Source of the DNA: a virus
Taxonomy: Duplodnaviria > Heunggongvirae > Uroviricota > Caudoviricetes
IMG/VR virus record: IMGVR_UViG_2541047699_000011
Length of the DNA: 10,189 bases
Strand: one strand, 5' to 3'
A program made the position numbers and the translations under genes. This document shows positions 1 to 8,045 of the stretch, in pieces. The notes beneath the pieces were generated by a model. That model saw only the letters and a list, made by a program, of their open reading frames with translations, was not told where the DNA came from and ran no database searches. The first letter of the stretch is position 1. Every line of letters begins with the position of its first letter.

Positions 1-447
1 GTTTTACATGCCTTGACTTATCGGATGAAATTCTCTTACTGAATTTAACGGCAGTTTAATAGCCGTACAACTCGTGGTAGCCAGGGAAATATCCCAGTCG
101 TGGTTAAGGTTGTACTTGACGGCTATTATTTCAACAATGCTTAAAGTGAGAGCTTAAGGTTATGCGTATGTTTTACAGTCCGAGTAGATTCTGACCAATA
201 GCTTCTTTGTATAATTCTGTCAGAAATAAATCTTGGCTTGCATGAAGTTTGAGACCTTATCTTGTTTGATTATGAATAATCAATTCGCCATAATTGTATC
301 ACCGGAGCCTGAACAACTCCGGTGACTTCTGCGCTAAACGGGGACGTTTATGCGCACACACAATCCAAACTCTCTTCTCCCTTCACAGATGCAGAAATGC
401 ACCTGCGTTTTTTTGCATCCAGCGTCTGACCTCTGTGGAGGTGAAGC

Positions 448-903
448 GTGAACCTACCACAAGATGGCATCAAACTGCATCGCGGTAACTTCATCGCTAT
501 CGGCCAGCAGATCCAGCCTTATCTGGAGGACGGAAAATGCTTTCGCATGGTGCTTAAACCGTGGCGTGAGAAACGCAGTCTTTCCCAGAATGCACTCAGC
601 CATATGTGGTACAGCGAAATCAGTGAATACCTCATCAGCAGGGGGAAATCGTTCGCTACCGCAGCATGGGTAAAAGATGCTCTCAAACACACATACCTCG
701 GTTATGAAACCAAGGACCTGGTTGATGTCGTAACCGGCGAAATCACTACTATCCAGTCGTTACGCCATACCTCCGATCTTGATACCGGAGAGATGTATGT
801 CTTCCTGTGTAAGGTTGAAGCCTGGGCGATGAATATTGGCTGCCACCTGACTATTCCGCAGAGCTGCGAGTTCCAGCTGCTGCGCGACAAGCAGGAGGCG
901 TAA
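448..903 (+). CDS. ybcN: NinB-family prophage protein (YbcN-like), 151 aa
   Basis: GTG start at 448 preceded by GGAGG; the translation [15 protein letters not shown]...[13 protein letters not shown] matches my recollection of DLP12 YbcN and the NinB-type 'RSLxQN...W' motif; stop TAA overlaps the next ATG (TAATG). Confidence 0.85.
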   Translation: MNLPQDGIKLHRGNFIAIGQQIQPYLEDGKCFRMVLKPWREKRSLSQNALSHMWYSEISEYLISRGKSFATAAWVKDALKHTYLGYETKDLVDVVTGEITTIQSLRHTSDLDTGEMYVFLCKVEAWAMNIGCHLTIPQSCEFQLLRDKQEA

Positions 904-1073
904 TGGCTACACCGCTTATTCGTGTCATGAACGGACACATCTACAAAGTACCAAATCGTCGTAAGCGTAAACCTGAGCTGAAGCCATCCGAAATACCAAC
1001 ACTGCTCGGGTATACCGCCAGCCTGGTTGATAAAAAATGGTTGCGACTGGCAGCAAGGAGGAATCATGGCTGA
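903..1073 (+). CDS. ninE: NinE-family small prophage protein, 56 aa
   Basis: Hand-translated [59 protein letters not shown], absent from the ORF track because it is short; sits between ybcN and ybcO as in DLP12; start overlaps the ybcN stop. Confidence 0.75.
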   Translation: MATPLIRVMNGHIYKVPNRRKRKPELKPSEIPTLLGYTASLVDKKWLRLAARRNHG

Positions 1074-1356
1074 TTTAAGAAAAGCAGCGCGTGGTCGGGA
1101 ATGCCAGGTAAGAATCCCTGGCGTATGTAATGGCAATCCTGAAACGTCAGTACTGGCACATATCCGGCTGGCTGGATTGTGCGGTACCGGTATCAAACCG
1201 CCAGACCTGATTGCCACCATTGCATGTTCTGCCTGCCACGACGAAATCGACCGTCGCACGCATTTTGTTGACGCTGGATATGCAAAAGAATGCGCGCTGG
1301 AAGGTATGGCGAGAACACAGGTTATCTGGTTGAAAGAGGGGGTTATTGAGGCGTGA
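1066..1356 (+). CDS. ybcO: DUF1364-family protein YbcO, Cys-rich putative zinc-binding nuclease, 96 aa
   Basis: Internal ATG at 1066 of the 1027..1356 track ORF gives [23 protein letters not shown]...ACSACHDE with CxnC...CxxC cysteine pairs; overlaps the ninE 3' end by 8 nt; conserved position ahead of rusA. Confidence 0.8.
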   Translation: MADLRKAARGRECQVRIPGVCNGNPETSVLAHIRLAGLCGTGIKPPDLIATIACSACHDEIDRRTHFVDAGYAKECALEGMARTQVIWLKEGVIEA

Positions 1357-1715
1357 ATACCTACAGCATCACATTACCCTGGCCTCCGAGCAATAATCGC
1401 TATTACCGCCATAATCGTGGGCGCACGCACGTCAGCGCAGAGGGGCAGGCATACTGCGATAACGTCGCCCGAATCATTAAAAACGCAATGCTGGATATCG
1501 GCTTGGCTATGCCAGTGAAAATCAGCATTGAGTGCCACATGCCGGATCGCCGTCGCCGTGACCTTGATAATCTGCAAAAGGCCGCTTTTGACGCACTCAC
1601 CAAAGCAGGTTTCTGGCTGGATGATGCTCAGGTCGTTGATTACCGCGTTGTGAAGATGCCCGTTACCAAAGGTGGGAAGCTGGAGCTGACTATCACTGAA
1701 CTGGGAGATGAATGA
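1353..1715 (+). CDS. rusA: Holliday junction resolvase RusA, 120 aa
   Basis: GTG start overlapping the ybcO stop (GTGA); translation [23 protein letters not shown]...[25 protein letters not shown] matches recalled E. coli RusA almost residue for residue. Confidence 0.9.
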   Translation: MNTYSITLPWPPSNNRYYRHNRGRTHVSAEGQAYCDNVARIIKNAMLDIGLAMPVKISIECHMPDRRRRDLDNLQKAAFDALTKAGFWLDDAQVVDYRVVKMPVTKGGKLELTITELGDE

Positions 1716-1852
1716 TGTTTGAGTCTTATATGGCAGAGCGTCTTCGCCGCCGCTGGGTGCGCCTGCGCTTATATCGTTTTCCTGGTTCTGTTTTGACCGA
1801 TTACCGAATACTGAAGAATTACGCCAAAACCCTGACAGGAGCAGGAGTATGA
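1712..1852 (+). CDS. ylcG: small DLP12-type protein YlcG, 46 aa
   Basis: ATGATG start overlapping the rusA stop; hand translation [46 protein letters not shown]; short, so not in the ORF track. Confidence 0.55.
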   Translation: MMFESYMAERLRRRWVRLRLYRFPGSVLTDYRILKNYAKTLTGAGV

Positions 1853-1937
1853 AGTCAGAGATAACAATCAACTAATACTGTTTTGTTGATTTTTGCTTGT
1901 AATTGGCGTTCTGGTCTGATTTTTGTGGAGTAAGTTG

Positions 1938-2321
1938 ATGCGTGATATTCAGATGGTTCTTGAGCGTTGGGGAGCGTGGGCGGCTAATAATCATGAAGAT
2001 GTGACCTGGTCGTCCGTTGCCGCCGGTTTTAAGGGATTAATTCCTTCAAAAGTAAAATCTCGCCCGCAATGTTGTGACGATGACGCGATGATCATTTGCG
2101 GGTGCATGGCCCGTCTGAAAAAGAACAACAGCGATTTACACGATTTATTAGTAGATTATTATGTATGTGGTATGACATTCATGTCACTGGCAAGTAAGCA
2201 TTGCTGCTCGGATGGTTATATCGGGAAAAGGTTACAGAAGGCTGAGGGCATAATTGAAGGGATGTTAATGGCATTAGATATCCGGTTAGATATGGATATC
2301 GTTGCTAATAATTCTAATTGA
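1938..2321 (+). CDS. quuD: late-gene antiterminator Q (phage 21/82-type QuuD), 127 aa
   Basis: ATG at 1938 preceded by GGAG; translation [24 protein letters not shown]...[16 protein letters not shown] matches recalled DLP12 QuuD; it sits immediately before a leader region and a strong intrinsic terminator. Confidence 0.85.
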   Translation: MRDIQMVLERWGAWAANNHEDVTWSSVAAGFKGLIPSKVKSRPQCCDDDAMIICGCMARLKKNNSDLHDLLVDYYVCGMTFMSLASKHCCSDGYIGKRLQKAEGIIEGMLMALDIRLDMDIVANNSN

Positions 2322-2458
2322 TATGCAATTGTTTACTAAAAGTTATTAAAAATGGGGCGTGGAAACGCCCCCAAAATAAAGGGTAATATATAACAGAAGG
2401 TTTATATAGTAAGAAGCAAGGTAGTGCTTCTAAAGGAAGTGGCTTGAGGGCTCCACTT
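2322..2458 (+). promoter_or_regulatory. candidate late promoter (pR'-like) and Q-utilisation leader
   Basis: Position directly after Q and before a strong terminator mirrors the lambda pR'-qut-tR' layout; AT-rich with TTGTTT/TATTAA-like hexamers, but no convincing -35/-10 pair with 17-bp spacing could be fixed by eye. Confidence 0.25.
2352..2376 (-). terminator. candidate intrinsic terminator downstream of nmpC
   Basis: Perfect hairpin GGGGCG-TGGAAA-CGCCCC; on the - strand it is followed by ATTTTTAATAACTTTT. It lies ~135 nt beyond the nmpC stop, so assignment is tentative. Confidence 0.3.
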
Positions 2459-2502
2459 ATATGTTGCGGAGGCAAAGCCTCCCGCAACATATCTTTTTCG
2501 TA
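2459..2502 (+). terminator. rho-independent terminator (tR'-like, end of a short late leader RNA)
   Basis: ~15-bp near-perfect stem ATATGTTGCGGAGGC / GCCTCCCGCAACATAT with an AAA loop, followed by CTTTTTCG on the + strand. Confidence 0.55.
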
Positions 2503-2509
2503 AGTCAGA

Positions 2510-3592
2510 TTAGAACTGATAAACCAGACCTACAGCGACGATGTCGTCGGTATCAATACCAGCTGTTTTGGTAAACTTACTATCGTCAATTAAGTTGATT
2601 TTGTAATCAACAAAAGTGGACATGTTTTTATTAAAGTAGTAAGTAGCACCGACATCGACATACTTGACTAAGTCTCGGTCACCATGAACACCAAGGTCTT
2701 TACCTTTTGACTGAAGGTAAGCAACAGATGGTCGCAGACCGAAGTCAAACTGATATTGTGCTACTGCTTCAAAGTTTTGTGCTTTGTTTGCAATATGGTT
2801 ATTACCAAAAACGGTCATATTCTGAGTTTCAGAATATGTGGTAGCCAGATAGATATTGTTCGCATCATATTTCAGGCCTGCAGCCCATACTTCCGCATTT
2901 TTGCCGGAGGCATTGAATTTGCTCTTACCATAGGCGACCTGACCGTCAGTGCGATCTGATTTAGCATAGGTTGCACCCACGCCGAATCCTTCATACTCAT
3001 AAGTAGTGGAGAAACCGAAACCATCACCATTGGCTTCAGTTACGTCAGTGCGGTCATTTTTACCCTGATACTGAGCAGCAAAGTTCAGGCCATCGACCAG
3101 ACCAAAGAAGTCGTTGTTACGATAAGTTGCAACACCAGTAGTGCGACCAGTCATGAACACATCTGTTTGGGTCCAGGTATCACCACCGAATTCTGGCAGG
3201 ACGTCAGTCCACGCACCGATGTCGTATGCTACACCGTAGTTACGGCCGTAATCGATTGAGCCGTAATCACCAAATTTCAGGCCTGCAAATGCAAGACGGG
3301 TTTTGTCTTTGGAAGAACCTTGAGATTCAGCACGGTTGCCTTTGAATTCATATTCCCACTGACCGAAACCAGTCAGTTGATCGTTGATTTGGGTTTCACC
3401 TTTGAAGCCAAGACGGGCATAAGTAGTATCACCATCATCTGCATCATTAGAGGAGAAGTAGTGCTTGGCATTAACTTTCCCGTATAGATCCAGCTTGTTA
3501 CTGTCTTTATTATAAATTTCAGCTGCCTGAGCAGACATCGCCATCAGTACTGATGCAGCTACAGCAGAAATTGCCACTGTTAATTTTTTCAT
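2510..3592 (-). CDS. nmpC: outer-membrane general porin, OmpC/OmpD/NmpC family, 360 aa precursor
   Basis: Signal peptide [23 protein letters not shown]|AEIYNKD, porin hallmark LYGKV...GFKGETQ, and C-terminal ...VGLVYQF ending in Phe; uninterrupted ORF. Confidence 0.9.
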   Translation of the reverse strand: MKKLTVAISAVAASVLMAMSAQAAEIYNKDSNKLDLYGKVNAKHYFSSNDADDGDTTYARLGFKGETQINDQLTGFGQWEYEFKGNRAESQGSSKDKTRLAFAGLKFGDYGSIDYGRNYGVAYDIGAWTDVLPEFGGDTWTQTDVFMTGRTTGVATYRNNDFFGLVDGLNFAAQYQGKNDRTDVTEANGDGFGFSTTYEYEGFGVGATYAKSDRTDGQVAYGKSKFNASGKNAEVWAAGLKYDANNIYLATTYSETQNMTVFGNNHIANKAQNFEAVAQYQFDFGLRPSVAYLQSKGKDLGVHGDRDLVKYVDVGATYYFNKNMSTFVDYKINLIDDSKFTKTAGIDTDDIVAVGLVYQF

Positions 3593-4018
3593 TGTACGCC
3601 CTTTTTTTTGAACTATTATTAAAAAATGATGTCACTGCGCGATAAATATTCATCTAATCAATGCGATTATTTCAAGATGTAAGTTTTAGTTTCTCATTTA
3701 ATTTGTGAAGTAGATCTCTATTTTTATCTGAACCTTTTCTATCTAATCCTATTCATGGCTCTTGTTTGAACGAAAATAAATCTATTAGCTAATTTATATT
3801 AATGGCACTTATTTATAAGCGCTCTATAATTCTTTAACTTAATTTAAACAAACTAAAAATAACATCGGAAATTATTCATTGGTTATTTGTTGAAGTTTTC
3901 TTATGTATTTGTGGTGGTGTTTTGAACACTCGGTGGCATTCTCACAAATATCATTTAGTAGTTTACGTACGTAAAAAATTGGTTATGCTGTTAAGAGTGG
4001 TTACTTCGTCACACAGCT

Positions 4019-4050
4019 TAAACCCGCCGTCGAGCGGGTTTTTCCATTTT
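4019..4050 (+). terminator. rho-independent terminator-like hairpin upstream of the holin gene
   Basis: AACCCGC-CGTCGA-GCGGGTT stem-loop followed by TTTCCATTTTTT. Confidence 0.4.
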
Positions 4051-4181
4051 TTGAGTCTCGATATTAGCTGATAACCCAATACCTGAGTTATTCACTGACT
4101 CCGAATCTGTTACGTTTCTGCCTTTATTGCGATACGTAGTATCCCCTTAATTTACACCCGCTTTGTCTGCGAGGTGGGGTT

Positions 4182-4397
4182 ATGAAATCCATGGATAAGT
4201 TAACAACGGGTGTCGCCTATGGCACCTCAGCAGGTAGTGCCGGGTACTGGTTTTTACAGTTGCTCGATAAAGTCACGCCCTCACAGTGGGCGGCAATAGG
4301 TGTGCTGGGTAGTCTGGTATTTGGCTTGCTGACGTATCTGACAAACCTTTATTTCAAGATTAAAGAAGATAAGCGTAAGGCTGCGAGAGGTGAATAA
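4182..4397 (+). CDS. essD: class II pinholin (phage-21 S type), 71 aa, dual-start motif
   Basis: [26 protein letters not shown]...[17 protein letters not shown] has two TMDs and a charged C-terminus [13 protein letters not shown]; Met1/Met4 dual start; GAGGTGGGG RBS; stop overlaps the next ATG (TAATG), as in S21-R21. Confidence 0.9.
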
Positions 4398-7300
4398 TGT
4401 CGCCATCATTACGCAAGGCTATTGCTGCTGCTATTGGTGGTGGGGCTGTTGCCATAGCGTCTGTGCTCATCACTGGTCCGAGTGGTGACGATGGCCTGGA
4501 AGGTGTCAGCTACATACCATACAAAGATATTGTTGGTGTATGGACTGTATGTCACGGGCATACAGGAAAAGACATCATGCTCGGTAAAACGTATAAAGGC
4601 AGCAGTAAGGGGCATACCCCGCGCGAAGCGAAGGACAACCTGAAATCCACGCAGTTACTGAGTGTGATCGATGCCATCAGCGAAGGGCCGATTGAAGGTC
4701 CGGTGGATGGGTTAAAAAGCGTGCTACTGAACAGTACGCCGGTGCTGGACACTGAGGGGAATACCAATATCTCCGGTGTCACGGTGGTGTTCCGGGCAGG
4801 TGAGCAGGAGCAGACTCCGCCGGAGGGGTTTGAATCCTCCGGCTCCGAGACGGTGCTGGGTACGGAAGTGAAATACGACACGCCGATCACCCGCACCATC
4901 ACGTCGGCAAACATCGACCGTCTGCGTTTTACCTTCGGTGTGCAGGCACTGGTGGAAACCACTTCAAAGGGTGACCGGAATCCGTCGGAAGTTCGCCTGC
5001 TGGTTCAGATACAGCGTAACGGTGGCTGGGTGACGGAAAAAGACATCACCATTAAGGGCAAAACCACCTCGCAGTATCTGGCCTCGGTGGTGGTGGATAA
5101 CCTGCCTCCGCGCCCGTTCAATATCCGGATGCGCAGGATGACACCGGACAGCACCACAGACCAGCTGCAGAACAAAACGCTCTGGTCGTCATACACCGAA
5201 ATCATCGATATGAAACAGTGCTACCCGAACACGGCACTGGTCGGTGTGCAGGTGGACTCGGAGCAGTTCGGCAGTCAGCAGGTGAGTCGTAATTATCATC
5301 TGCGCGGGCGCATTCTGCAGGTGCCGTCGAACTATAACCCGCAGACGCGACAATACAGCGGTATCTGGGACGGAACGTTAAAACCGGCATACAGCAACAA
5401 CATGGCCTGGTGTCTGTGGGATATGCTGACCCATCCGCGCTACGGCATGGGGAAACGTCTTGGTGCGGCGGATGTGGACAAATGGGCGCTGTATGTCATC
5501 GGCCAGAATTGCGACCAGTCGGTGCCGGATGGTTTTGGTGGCACGGAGCCGCGCATCACCTGTAATGCCTGGCTGACCACACAGCGTAAGGCGTGGGATG
5601 TTCTCAGTGATTTCTGCTCGGCGATGCGCTGTATGCCGGTATGGAACGGGCAGACGCTGACGTTCGTGCAGGACCGGCCGTCGGATAAGGTGTGGACCTA
5701 TAACCGCAGTAATGTGGTGATGCCGGATGATGGCGCGCCGTTCCGCTACAGTTTCAGCGCCCTGAAGGACCGCCATAATGCCGTTGAGGTGAACTGGATT
5801 GACCCGGATAACGGCTGGGAGACGGCGACAGAGCTTGTGGAGGACACGCAGGCCATTGCCCGTTACGGTCGTAACGTCACGAAGATGGATGCCTTTGGCT
5901 GTACCAGTCGGGGGCAGGCACACCGAGCCGGGCTGTGGCTGATTAAAACGGAACTGCTGGAAACGCAGACCGTGGATTTCAGCGTGGGCGCAGAAGGGCT
6001 TCGCCATGTGCCGGGCGATGTTATTGAAATCTGCGATGATGACTATGCGGGTATCAGCATCGGCGGGCGCGTGCTGGCGGTGAACAGCCAGACCCGGACG
6101 CTGACGCTCGACCGTGAAATCACTCTGCCATCCTCCGGTACCACGCTGATAAGCCTGGTTGACGGAAGCGGCAATCCGGTCAGCGTGGAGGTCCAGTCCG
6201 TCACCGACGGCGTGAAGGTAAAAGTGAGCCGGGTTCCTGACGGCGTTGCCGGATACAGCGTGTGGGGGCTGAAGTTGCCGACGTTGCGCCAGCGCCTGTT
6301 CCGCTGCGTGAGTATCCGTGAGAACGATGACGGCACGTATGCCATCACTGCCGTGCAGCATGTACCGGAAAAAGAGGCCATCGTGGATAACGGGGCGCAC
6401 TTTGACGGCGACCAGAGCGGCACGGTGAATGGTGTCACGCCGCCAGCGGTGCAGCACCTGACTGCCGAAGTCACCGCAGACAGCGGGGAATATCAGGTGC
6501 TGGCGCGCTGGGACACGCCGAAGGTGGTGAAGGGGGTGAGCTTTATGCTTCGCCTGACCGTGGCAGCGGATGACGGCAGTGAGCGGCTGGTCAGCACGGC
6601 CCGGACGACGGAAACCACATACCGCTTCACGCAACTGGCGCTGGGGCGGTACACGCTGACAGTCCGGGCGGTAAATGCGTGGGGGCAGCAGGGCGATCCG
6701 GCGTCGGTATCGTTCCGGATTGCCGCACCGGCAGCACCGTCGAGGATTGATCTGACGCCGGGCTATTTTCAGATAACCGCCACGCCGCATCTTGCCGTTT
6801 ATGACCCGACGGTACAGTTTGAATTCTGGTTCTCGGAAAAGCGGATTACCGATATCAGGCAGGTTGAAACCACAGCCCGCTATCTTGGCACGGCGCTGTA
6901 CTGGATAGCTGCCAGTATCAATATTAAGCCGGGCCATGATTATTATTTTTATATCCGCAGTGTGAATACTGTTGGCAAATCGGCATTCGTGGAGGCTGTC
7001 GGTCAGGCGAGCGATGATGCTTCCGGCTATCTGGATTTTTTCAAAGGCCAGATAACTGAATCCCATCTCGGCAAGGAGCTGCTGGAAAAAGTCGAGCTGA
7101 CGGAGGATAACGCCAGCAAACTGGAGGAGTTTTCGAAAGAGTGGAAAGACGCCAACGATAAATGGAATGCCATGTGGGGCGTCAAAATTGAGCAGACCGA
7201 AGACGGCAGGCATTATGTCGCGGGTATTGGCCTCAGCATGGAGGATACGGAGGAAGGCAAACTGAGCCAGTTCCTGGTTGCCGCTAACCGTATCGCGTTT

Positions 7301-7987
7301 ATTGACCCGGCAAACGGGAATGAAACGCCGATGTTTGTGGCGCAGGGCAACCAGATATTCATGAACGAAGTGTTCCTGAAGTATCTGACGGCTCCCACCA
7401 TTACCAGCGGCGGCAATCCGCCGGTATTTTCCCTGACACCGGACGGGCGGTTGACGGCGAAAAATGCCGATATCAGCGGTAACGTGAATGCGAACTCAGG
7501 GACGCTCAATAATGTCACGATTAACCAGAACTGTCGGATTCTGGGAAAACTGTCTGCCAACCAGATTGAAGGTGATATTGTCAAAACGGTGGGAAAAGCC
7601 TTTCCGAGAAATGGCAGTTATGCCAGCGGTACAATAACGGTCACTGTGTACGATGACCAGGCTTTTGACCGTCAGATAGTAATCCCACCCGTTCTGTTTC
7701 GCGGTGGTAAGCATGAAAACTTCAACAGCAACAACCAACAGTCATACTGGTATTCAACCTGTAAGCTGCAGGTACTGAAGAACGGACAGGAAATCTTTCA
7801 GCAACCCGCGACGGATGTCAGCAGGGTATTTTCATCCGTCATTGATATGCCAGCGGGACACGGCCATGTCACCCTGACTTTCAATGTTTCTTCATATGGT
7901 GCAAATAACTGGACGCCAACGACCAGTATCAGCGACCTTCTTGTTGTCGTGATGAAGAAATCAACAGCCGGTATCAGTATCAGTTGA
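4397..7987 (+). CDS. chimeric ORF: SAR-endolysin N-terminus (~66 aa, RrrD/R21-like signal-anchor) fused in frame to a lambda-J-type tail-tip host-specificity protein (~1130 aa)
   Basis: Residues 1-66, [66 protein letters not shown], match the phage-21 R / DLP12 RrrD N-terminus. From residue 67, [39 protein letters not shown]... follows lambda J from its third codon for more than 1100 residues. One uninterrupted frame. Confidence 0.85.
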   Translation: MSPSLRKAIAAAIGGGAVAIASVLITGPSGDDGLEGVSYIPYKDIVGVWTVCHGHTGKDIMLGKTYKGSSKGHTPREAKDNLKSTQLLSVIDAISEGPIEGPVDGLKSVLLNSTPVLDTEGNTNISGVTVVFRAGEQEQTPPEGFESSGSETVLGTEVKYDTPITRTITSANIDRLRFTFGVQALVETTSKGDRNPSEVRLLVQIQRNGGWVTEKDITIKGKTTSQYLASVVVDNLPPRPFNIRMRRMTPDSTTDQLQNKTLWSSYTEIIDMKQCYPNTALVGVQVDSEQFGSQQVSRNYHLRGRILQVPSNYNPQTRQYSGIWDGTLKPAYSNNMAWCLWDMLTHPRYGMGKRLGAADVDKWALYVIGQNCDQSVPDGFGGTEPRITCNAWLTTQRKAWDVLSDFCSAMRCMPVWNGQTLTFVQDRPSDKVWTYNRSNVVMPDDGAPFRYSFSALKDRHNAVEVNWIDPDNGWETATELVEDTQAIARYGRNVTKMDAFGCTSRGQAHRAGLWLIKTELLETQTVDFSVGAEGLRHVPGDVIEICDDDYAGISIGGRVLAVNSQTRTLTLDREITLPSSGTTLISLVDGSGNPVSVEVQSVTDGVKVKVSRVPDGVAGYSVWGLKLPTLRQRLFRCVSIRENDDGTYAITAVQHVPEKEAIVDNGAHFDGDQSGTVNGVTPPAVQHLTAEVTADSGEYQVLARWDTPKVVKGVSFMLRLTVAADDGSERLVSTARTTETTYRFTQLALGRYTLTVRAVNAWGQQGDPASVSFRIAAPAAPSRIDLTPGYFQITATPHLAVYDPTVQFEFWFSEKRITDIRQVETTARYLGTALYWIAASINIKPGHDYYFYIRSVNTVGKSAFVEAVGQASDDASGYLDFFKGQITESHLGKELLEKVELTEDNASKLEEFSKEWKDANDKWNAMWGVKIEQTEDGRHYVAGIGLSMEDTEEGKLSQFLVAANRIAFIDPANGNETPMFVAQGNQIFMNEVFLKYLTAPTITSGGNPPVFSLTPDGRLTAKNADISGNVNANSGTLNNVTINQNCRILGKLSANQIEGDIVKTVGKAFPRNGSYASGTITVTVYDDQAFDRQIVIPPVLFRGGKHENFNSNNQQSYWYSTCKLQVLKNGQEIFQQPATDVSRVFSSVIDMPAGHGHVTLTFNVSSYGANNWTPTTSISDLLVVVMKKSTAGISIS

Positions 7988-8005
7988 ATTTTATAACCCA
8001 AATAC

Positions 8006-8034
8006 GGGCGCCAGAAATGGCGCCTTTTTTATTT
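8006..8034 (+). terminator. rho-independent terminator after the J-type ORF
   Basis: GGCGCC-AGAAAT-GGCGCC hairpin followed by TTTTTTATTT. Confidence 0.5.
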
Positions 8035-8045
8035 GTGGAGTGAAT

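Noticed and set aside
60-130. Imperfect inverted repeat AGCCGTACAAC ... GTTGTACTTGACGGCT, considered as a possible small RNA or tRNA
   Set aside because: No cloverleaf, no conserved tRNA boxes, and the pairing is interrupted; cannot be supported from sequence alone.
294-488. 64-aa + strand ORF overlapping the ybcN start
   Set aside because: Runs through the ybcN RBS and start in another frame; Cys/Arg-rich and unconvincing.
702-1259. 185-aa - strand ORF across ybcN/ninE/ybcO
   Set aside because: Overlaps three well-supported + strand genes in antisense; composition looks non-protein-like.
1374-1871. 165-aa and 66-aa - strand ORFs antisense to rusA/ylcG
   Set aside because: Fully overlapped by rusA, whose identification is strong; no independent support.
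4409-5390. Several 62-136 aa - strand ORFs inside the 5' part of the fusion gene
   Set aside because: Antisense to the strongly supported endolysin-J reading frame; no start context.
5378-7213. 611-aa ORF on the - strand inside the J-type gene
   Set aside because: Antisense to a strongly supported, GC-rich coding region; the translation is Arg/Ala/Pro/His-rich low-complexity sequence typical of a stop-free antisense frame; no plausible RBS or start context.
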